A stretch of 64,000 nucleotides of DNA. It comes from Myxococcota bacterium. GTDB lineage: Bacteria; Myxococcota_A; UBA9160; UBA6930. This document shows, piece after piece, positions 9,697-16,694 of the stretch; within the stretch, counting starts at the first letter, position 1; each line of letters begins with the position of its first letter. The notes beneath the pieces are model-generated. The model made no database searches and was not told the DNA's origin. It saw only the letters and a list, made by a program, of their open reading frames with translations. The translations under genes and the position numbers were made by a program. The DNA lies in NCBI GenBank assembly GCA_965223415.1, contig OZ245002.1:5056001-5120000 (forward strand), in the 5' to 3' direction.

Positions 9697-11955
9697 CTAC
9701 TCCGAGGCCCCTTCCCGTGGCGCTGAAACCACCAATAAGGCCGGCAAGAGGAGGAGATCCGCGAGAAGGCAGACCCCCATGATCGCCGCTGTAACCAAGC
9801 CAAGGTTCCGAACGAGGTTGAAGCCCGAGAGCCCCAGCACTCCAAACCCCACCGCGATGACCACCGTAGTTCCCAACACTGGCGGGAGAGTCCGCCGCAG
9901 AGCGCCGGCGACCGCCTCCGCCGCTGGAAGCGTGCTTCTGTGTCGCCGATACTCCACAACCACGTGAATCGTGTCGTCAATTGCGATTCCAAGGGCAAGG
10001 GTGCCCAAGAGGACGGTGCCCGCGTCGAGAGGGATGTCGAGTAGGCCCATCAGCCCGAATGCGAACACCACTGGCGTCGCGTTCGGAATGAGTGAGACGA
10101 CCGTCATTCGAACGGACCGCAGAAGGATGCCTAGGACGATCCCAACCGCGACGAACGCGAACACCAGGCCGCGCAGCTGGCCCCTCTCGATCTCCCGCTC
10201 AGAACGCGCGTACTCGTGCATGATGCCAGTGACCTGTGCATCGAAGTCCGCCGGGCCGAAATCCTCCCACCACCCCTCCGACGCACGAGCGACCCGAAGG
10301 AGATCGTTAGAACCGTTGTTATCCACACGCAGCAGCAAGTTCGCCTGCCGTCGATCCGCAGTGACGACGTCTCCCATGTAGTCAACCGACTCGAGCAGCA
10401 GCAGGTACTGCTCGATTCCGTTCTCATCGACGGGTAGAGGGTATTGGGAGTCGCCGAGGAACCCACCGTGGAGTTGTCGTAGGGGGTCCGCTAGGGAAAC
10501 TGCCTTGCCCACTTCGGGCAGTTGACCGAGAAAGTGCTGGAGCCCATCTATAGAGCGCAACACGTCCGGATCTGTGACTCGCCGGTCCCCCTCCGAGGAG
10601 ATCACAACGTTCATGGGGCTAATTCCCGAGAGACGGGTCCGAATCTCGCGGTAGTCCTTTCGAGGAGTGCTGTCCTCCTGGAAGTAGAGAATCACGTCGG
10701 TTTCGATGTCGAGCCGCGAGATGCCAACTCCGACTACGAGGAGGATTGCAGCCCAACCGGCCAGGATGGCTACCGGACGCGTCAAGAGCGAGCGAAGGTG
10801 GCCCACGATCGCGTCGCGGGCCCGAACGACGAGGACCGACCGGACCTCGGCCACTGGGAATAGAGCCAGAAGCGCGGGCGCTAGCGAAATCGCAGCTGCG
10901 AGCACGAACAGACATCCCAACGCTCCGAATGCACCGATCCAGCGGATTACATCAATTCGCACCAAGGTCATCGCCACGAAACCGATCGCCGTCGTGACGC
11001 CCGAGACCACGATTGGGGCAACCACTCGCACGAGCTCCACCTCAATCCGACCCGGGGCCCCCTGGGCGGCCGCGATTGCCGAGACCACATGAAGTGAATA
11101 TGCACAGCCCAGCGCGAGCAGCACCGATGGAAGAACAACTGTGCTGATTGTGAGAGGAACCCCCAGCGCACCCATTGTGCCCAGCGTCAGGAGGCTCCCC
11201 ACTGATCCGACGGCAAGAACGACGATTGGTACCCGAGCGCCCCTCAATGGAAGCATGAGTAGAAGGCCGATGATCAAGCCGGTGACCGGGAAGAAGATCG
11301 CCAGCTCACTTCGCATCAAGCGATTGGTCTCAGTGCGGAAGACGGGCCCCCCTGAGATCCAGGCTGAGCCGAGTCGCTTAGATGATTCCCGAACGGCTTC
11401 GACGACGCGTTGATCGTTCTCGGCGCCGATGTCGTCCATTCGAACGACCACGGCGAAGGTCCGTCCATCCTCTGAGACCACTGCCTTGGGAAGGACCCGG
11501 TCTTTCTCGATCTTTGCGACGGCGCCAGCAACCTCTCCATCCGAGGCGCCTGGTTCGATCGCGGGATCCAGCTCGAGTGTTCCGTCAGGCCCCGCGTGGA
11601 CGAGAGGCATGGTGCTGATGCTGTCGACGCGGCGAACACCGGCAACCTCCTCGAGATCTGCCGAGATAGAGGCGATAGTGCGAACCACTTCCGGGTCGAA
11701 GGCGTGCTGCGCCTCGGCCGCAAGCACGACGATCTCGTCGCCACCGAAGGTGTTGGTGGAGGACTCGTAGAACCTCCACGATGGGCTCTCGCGACTCAGC
11801 ACGCTGTCCGTCGAGGTTTCGATGTTCAATCGCGCGAGCCCTGCCAGGGAGGCCACTGCGAGGATGGCCCATACCAAGAGAGCTGTGCGTGGGTGCCGGA
11901 GGGATCCAACCGCCGTTCGCTCAAGCGGCCGGGACGTGAGGTCACGAAGCTGCAG
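9697..11955 (-). CDS. MMPL/RND-family lipid exporter
   Basis: Two repeats of TM + periplasmic domain + TM bundle; GVTTAIGF, GIAIDDTIH, GFGVLGLSGF. Start uncertain: TTG at 11877, or CTG at 11955 which restores the RHP + TM1 N-terminus. Confidence 0.85.
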   Translation of the reverse strand: MQLRDLTSRPLERTAVGSLRHPRTALLVWAILAVASLAGLARLNIETSTDSVLSRESPSWRFYESSTNTFGGDEIVVLAAEAQHAFDPEVVRTIASISADLEEVAGVRRVDSISTMPLVHAGPDGTLELDPAIEPGASDGEVAGAVAKIEKDRVLPKAVVSEDGRTFAVVVRMDDIGAENDQRVVEAVRESSKRLGSAWISGGPVFRTETNRLMRSELAIFFPVTGLIIGLLLMLPLRGARVPIVVLAVGSVGSLLTLGTMGALGVPLTISTVVLPSVLLALGCAYSLHVVSAIAAAQGAPGRIEVELVRVVAPIVVSGVTTAIGFVAMTLVRIDVIRWIGAFGALGCLFVLAAAISLAPALLALFPVAEVRSVLVVRARDAIVGHLRSLLTRPVAILAGWAAILLVVGVGISRLDIETDVILYFQEDSTPRKDYREIRTRLSGISPMNVVISSEGDRRVTDPDVLRSIDGLQHFLGQLPEVGKAVSLADPLRQLHGGFLGDSQYPLPVDENGIEQYLLLLESVDYMGDVVTADRRQANLLLRVDNNGSNDLLRVARASEGWWEDFGPADFDAQVTGIMHEYARSEREIERGQLRGLVFAFVAVGIVLGILLRSVRMTVVSLIPNATPVVFAFGLMGLLDIPLDAGTVLLGTLALGIAIDDTIHVVVEYRRHRSTLPAAEAVAGALRRTLPPVLGTTVVIAVGFGVLGLSGFNLVRNLGLVTAAIMGVCLLADLLLLPALLVVSAPREGASE

Positions 11956-11958
11956 GGG

Positions 11959-14409
11959 CTACGCCCTCGTCGCTGAAGCCACGATTGCCTGCTGCGGCGA
12001 GCCCAGGCAGGGAAAGACCGACTCGACTCGCAGGCCGGCGCTCTCGATCAGCTTTCGGAAAGCGATCTCGCTCCAGAACTGAAACGCGCCGGCTTCCTCC
12101 AGATCCATCAACTTCGCACCGTCGTTGAGGAACGCCCGAGCCGCTTGCATGATCTGCGCGCGGGATGCGCCGGGAAAGAAGGAATCGAACTGGCCATCTT
12201 CGACGCCAGCGAGAGCGCGCGTGTAGATCTGCGAGATGTCCGCATCGGGCCTCATTGTTGAGAGAACCAACCTCCCTTGCGGGCGCAGAACTCGCGCGAT
12301 CTCGGTCAGGACAGACTTCGCATCCGGTACATAGCTGAGCAGGAGAGATGCGAGCACTCGATCGCAGGAACCGCTGGCAAGGGGAAGGACCGAACGCTTG
12401 AGGTCGGCCTGGACGAACTCCACACTCAAGCTCGCATCTCGGCGAATCTGGGTCTTCACGTGTTGGAGGGCACCCATCACGAGGTCGCACTCAACGAGCT
12501 GCAGGGCGGGCTGGGATCCAGCCCGACGCAGGTAGCTCGGAAACGCGCCCGTTCCCGAGCCGAGATCGAGAACGCGATTGCCTGGGGTCAGCTGGAGATC
12601 CGCGACCTGGCGCTGCATAAACTCCTGGTAGTCGTGTGTCGCGTTCAGAAGCGCGATCCCCATACCAGAGGATCTTCCAAGCAAGTAGTCCGCCCAGAAG
12701 TCGGCGACATTCGGCTCGGCCTGCCCGAGGCGAGACCGCTCGGCCGCACTCCGCTTCGCAAGATCCCGAATGCTGGGCGCCCGTCCGCTGATGCGGCGCT
12801 CCAACGCAGCCTGGCTCACCTCTTCAGCGATGAGCTGGAAGACGTCGAGCGCCTCTTGGCTAGAGCGAAGCTGGTGACCCGTAGGCACCTCTAGGAGCTT
12901 GCGGTTGCCAGCACTCCCGCAGGCGAGGACCTCCCGCACGCGATCGAGCTCCATCCACGCGTCGAACCTCCCGTGGAGCCACGTGATGGGCACGAAGATC
13001 TGGGAGAAATCCCGACGCGAATCGGAAAGGAAGGAGAGCCCTTGTTGCGTTGCATCCACCCCCGCATAGTCGATATCGACGGTGACCCCGAGGATCTCCT
13101 GGCGGCCAAACGACAACCCCTTTTCGATGCCGCCCATGTAGTCGACGCCACCAGATATGACGCGCATCATCGACTGAATATCGGCCGTACCTACCACGCA
13201 GATCCACGCATCGACGGTCTCGCCGCGATCCGAAGCCAAATACGCTCTACCTTCGATCGAGGACGCGCTAAACGTGACCAGCGCCAGCTTCTCGCAGCCG
13301 CGTTCACGGCGCAGGAAGTTGGCTGCAGCACGGATGTCCTTGACCCCCTGGGAAAAGGTGAACCGGTCGTGCTCCCGACCTGGCTGCAAGCAATCGGGGT
13401 CCCTGTAGGACTCGCCGCGCTTTCGTACACCGTCGAATCGAAGGATAGAAACGGGCTGGCTCGCCGCCCGAAACGTCGCCAGGAGAGTCCTGGCGAGCGG
13501 CATTAGGGTCTCCTTTGTTCGGCCCCATGCCGGCGGGATCACCACACCGAGGCGTCCCTCCCCCCTCCCCCACTCGTCCGCGATGCCTCGAATGGGCTCG
13601 CGGTCCTCGGTCTCGAACTCCACAAGATGGATCTTTGTGTCACGAGTTCCGAGCCCCGCTCGGCGCAGCAGCTGCTCAGTTGCACTCGCGGTTGCTCCCG
13701 ATGCCACAGCCAACTTCCGCAATAGCCGCTGGCTTGAAGAGCGCTCAACGATCGCGTCCTTTCGATCCACACCGACCGCCGGAGCGTAGGGTACGGGCGA
13801 TGTCTTGAGGTGTATCCGCGACCAGCCGTTCGCATCCCGAGTTACGCCCGCGACCCTGGCGAAGCGGTGGCTGTGGCGGGATGCACTCGTGTCGAACTCG
13901 AGTTCGAAGGAGGCTCCCGATTGCGGGGCACTCGTCGCTTCCGCGCGAATCGCCAACCCCGCTTCCGAGGAGTCAAGGATCTCGCCTCGGAACGCTTTTC
14001 CTTCGCCTCGCAAGACGACGCGTTCCCCGGACAGGTCCCCCGACCGCAGCCGCTCACGCCGCTCGTTCTGAAACACGACATCGGGAACCCGCACGATCAA
14101 CGGCGATTCGGATTCAGGCGACAGCGGATCAGCCGAGAAGAAGTACCGGTTGCCGTTCAGTTCGAAGCGCAGGAAGATCTGCTCCCGTCCGGTCGCGGCG
14201 AAGTTCTCCGTCGCCAGCACCAGCTCTCCGCCCCGGATCTCCTCGATCGTCGCGGACTCGGGGCGTACCGCCCTGTTCATCCCGCGATAGAGGGTCGCTC
14301 GCTCGCTGGCAGCCTGCTCCAACAGGGCGCGAACGCCCGACACATCCCGCATGCCCTCAGGATGAAGCCGAGCAAGATCGTCCACACCGATCAACTGCGA
14401 AACCGCCAC
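11959..14409 (-). CDS. Fusion of YcgR-like PilZ, LuxD-like acyl hydrolase/transferase and class I SAM methyltransferase
   Basis: RRERLR and DSSEAG (PilZ motifs); LRFDG..RGES, TFSAS, RFDAW, TGHQL (LuxD-like triad pattern); VLDLGSGTG and EIARVLRPQG (methyltransferase). Confidence 0.8.
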   Translation of the reverse strand: MAVSQLIGVDDLARLHPEGMRDVSGVRALLEQAASERATLYRGMNRAVRPESATIEEIRGGELVLATENFAATGREQIFLRFELNGNRYFFSADPLSPESESPLIVRVPDVVFQNERRERLRSGDLSGERVVLRGEGKAFRGEILDSSEAGLAIRAEATSAPQSGASFELEFDTSASRHSHRFARVAGVTRDANGWSRIHLKTSPVPYAPAVGVDRKDAIVERSSSQRLLRKLAVASGATASATEQLLRRAGLGTRDTKIHLVEFETEDREPIRGIADEWGRGEGRLGVVIPPAWGRTKETLMPLARTLLATFRAASQPVSILRFDGVRKRGESYRDPDCLQPGREHDRFTFSQGVKDIRAAANFLRRERGCEKLALVTFSASSIEGRAYLASDRGETVDAWICVVGTADIQSMMRVISGGVDYMGGIEKGLSFGRQEILGVTVDIDYAGVDATQQGLSFLSDSRRDFSQIFVPITWLHGRFDAWMELDRVREVLACGSAGNRKLLEVPTGHQLRSSQEALDVFQLIAEEVSQAALERRISGRAPSIRDLAKRSAAERSRLGQAEPNVADFWADYLLGRSSGMGIALLNATHDYQEFMQRQVADLQLTPGNRVLDLGSGTGAFPSYLRRAGSQPALQLVECDLVMGALQHVKTQIRRDASLSVEFVQADLKRSVLPLASGSCDRVLASLLLSYVPDAKSVLTEIARVLRPQGRLVLSTMRPDADISQIYTRALAGVEDGQFDSFFPGASRAQIMQAARAFLNDGAKLMDLEEAGAFQFWSEIAFRKLIESAGLRVESVFPCLGSPQQAIVASATRA

Positions 14410-14446
14410 GCCGCCGCCTCTTCTCTTGCCGTTCGCCAGCCCCGAG

Positions 14447-15352
14447 TCACGCGAAACGAGGAGTGAGTCCTATAGCTCTCCACAACGGCAGGGTTCTACG
14501 AGACACCATCTGAAGCTGCACGAGGAACGGGAGAATCCGCGACGTGCAGTCCCGGAAGAACTCGCGGCGGTGTACCGAGCGGCGCGAAGAACGCCACAAG
14601 CGCCACGCTTCACTACTGTCGGAGGCTAGGCCGGATCGGACGTAGACCTGCGGTGGGTTCATGGCTTCAAAGACAAGAAGCAGGACGGCAGGTGCGGCCA
14701 GGTCGATTGCTGCTCGTCGAACCGCACCAGAACTCTCATAGGCATCGTGGAGGTTCATTCTGGCATAGTCCATGTGCCGCGCCTCCTCCATGCGATGAAT
14801 CATGCCAACGTCCCGAAGGGTCGGATGCTTGGCGCCGAGCTCGAGAGCGCGGGCAATGAACGTGTCCGTGATGTCCTCAACCGCGAGCATCCCTAGGAAG
14901 TAGAGCGCGTTCCCTTTGGCAACGGCCCACTCCCCTACCCGTTCGACCGCACCATGGAAACCGGCAGGTGGGTACGGACCTACGCCGATCTCGCTCACGA
15001 GCCGAGAAAACATGCGGCTGTGGCGAGCCTCTTCCTCGATGACCTTCAGCCGGTATCGGGTCACGTCCGCAACCGGGTCGGAGTTCCGAACCAAGCGGGC
15101 CAAGGCCTGATTCAGGACGCCCTCGAAGCGGATGAATGACGAGAACATCGCGGCCGTCTCATGGAGTGCGAGCTCGGCCTTCTGGGCCTCGGAGAGGCGA
15201 TCGAACTCGGGCGTCCCAAACAGGCTCAGCGCCTCGTCAGGGAGGAGGGGGGGCGCGCCGCGGAACGGGACGCCCCACTCAACAGCCTCGTCCGGATCGA
15301 TGAAGTTCCTGACCGAGGCGCTCTCGAGCTTCTTGAGCCGACTGACATCCAT
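14447..15352 (-). CDS. AurF-family (ferritin-like) diiron oxygenase
   Basis: Paired ExxH motifs: FE...EEEARHSRMF...VED...HRMEEARH; LSLFGTPEFDRLSEAQK N-terminal pattern. Confidence 0.85.
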   Translation of the reverse strand: MDVSRLKKLESASVRNFIDPDEAVEWGVPFRGAPPLLPDEALSLFGTPEFDRLSEAQKAELALHETAAMFSSFIRFEGVLNQALARLVRNSDPVADVTRYRLKVIEEEARHSRMFSRLVSEIGVGPYPPAGFHGAVERVGEWAVAKGNALYFLGMLAVEDITDTFIARALELGAKHPTLRDVGMIHRMEEARHMDYARMNLHDAYESSGAVRRAAIDLAAPAVLLLVFEAMNPPQVYVRSGLASDSSEAWRLWRSSRRSVHRREFFRDCTSRILPFLVQLQMVSRRTLPLWRAIGLTPRFA

Positions 15353-15591
15353 GTGTGGTCGGGAATCCTGGGCTAGGGCGATCCTGAAGAGCTCAAGAGT
15401 AACGGCAAAACGCGGTTTTAGACCAAAGAACTGCCGATTCGTGAGATGGGGCGAATCGACTACAGGCGCTGGCGAGATTAACCCGTTTAGGGTGCCATAC
15501 TACACCCACATATTGCCCCGTGGGAAGCGTAAGCGCGCCCGTGCGAGCGATTCTGGGCACAAGTGGACGCTCCCGGACAGGCCAGAAGGCC

Positions 15592-16596
15592 CTAAGGCGA
15601 GCCCGATATCTGTCTCGCCTTGACCCCCGCTTCACGAAGGAGCCGGACCGAAACGTCTCCGAGCGGATAGGCGATATCGAAAACCACCTCCGCGATCCCC
15701 GAATTGATGATCATCTTGGTGCAGAGCAGACACGGGCAGAAGGTCGAGTAGAGTGTCGCCCCCCGGACCTGGACCCCGTGATACGCGCTCTGGGTAATCG
15801 CGTTCTCCTCGGCGTGGGAGCAGACGCATTCGCCGAGGTCTTTGCCCCCCGGCCCGAAGTCGTTGCAGCGGGGACAGCCACCTTCGTTGCAGTTCGTGGT
15901 GCCGCGAGGAGTCCCGTTGTAGCCGGTGGCGATGATGCGGCGGTCGATCGTGAGGACGGCGGCCACCTTGCGTTTCACGCAGTTGCTACGAGTGGCCACG
16001 ACGCGGGCGATGCTCATAAAGTACTCGTCCCAGTCGGGTCGCCGAAAGAACTGGTTGCCCCGAAGAAGGCTCTGGATCGCGGCGTGAAGCTCAGCGAGAT
16101 CCCCATCGTTTCTGAGGGTGTGGTCGGCAAGGTCGCGGACGCCAAGGAGCTGCTGGCTCGCTGGATCGGGACTGGCCAGCTCAGATCCCTCCAGGCGACG
16201 CAGCTCTTCCAGGGTGTGAGGATCACCGGAGCGGCCCCGCGTTCTCAGTCGTTCGAAACGGATGGATTCATCAGCGTCCACCCAGATAAGGCGGAAATCC
16301 GACGCTAGCTCACGGAGAGCATCCACTTCCGCGGGATGACGGATCGAGTCGACCACGTAGTTGTGATGCGGCTCGAGGTAGGTCATCAGGCGACGCGCTA
16401 GGGCGCCTTCACCCTCCGCTTCGCGCAGAGCCCGCCCCGTTTGGATCATGCGCTCCCGGGTCTCATCCAGCCCCTTGCGAGCAAGTTCCTTGCGGATGAC
16501 GTCGGAGAGTGACCAGGCCGAGAAGCTCCGACCCTCCAGGAAGGACACGACCTCGCCCTTGCCCGCTGCGTAGAGGCCGGACACCCCGATGATCAT
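15592..16596 (-). CDS. P-loop nucleotide kinase-like domain fused to dCMP deaminase
   Basis: IIGVSGLYAAGKG P-loop, DSIRHPAE; RPDWDEYFM...RSNC...TGYNG...HAEENAI...PCLLC zinc motifs; GGGGAG RBS before ATG at 16596. Confidence 0.9.
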   Translation of the reverse strand: MIIGVSGLYAAGKGEVVSFLEGRSFSAWSLSDVIRKELARKGLDETRERMIQTGRALREAEGEGALARRLMTYLEPHHNYVVDSIRHPAEVDALRELASDFRLIWVDADESIRFERLRTRGRSGDPHTLEELRRLEGSELASPDPASQQLLGVRDLADHTLRNDGDLAELHAAIQSLLRGNQFFRRPDWDEYFMSIARVVATRSNCVKRKVAAVLTIDRRIIATGYNGTPRGTTNCNEGGCPRCNDFGPGGKDLGECVCSHAEENAITQSAYHGVQVRGATLYSTFCPCLLCTKMIINSGIAEVVFDIAYPLGDVSVRLLREAGVKARQISGSP

Positions 16597-16694
16597 AGAA
16601 TTGGCTCCCCTGGTCTGATTCGCGATCGGTGCCTGATCTTTGCACCTACGCGGCGCCAAGCCAACACGGTCGTTTCGCCGAAGGCGGCCCCTTA

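Noticed and set aside
11959..14409. Bioluminescence (lux) operon
   Set aside because: Only a LuxD-like domain is present; no luxC/E, and the LLM genes are about 40 kb away and of the F420-dependent type.
16597..16694. AvcI-like antitoxin RNA
   Set aside because: Only 98 bp and no recognisable structure; an RNA overlapping the upstream gene cannot be excluded.
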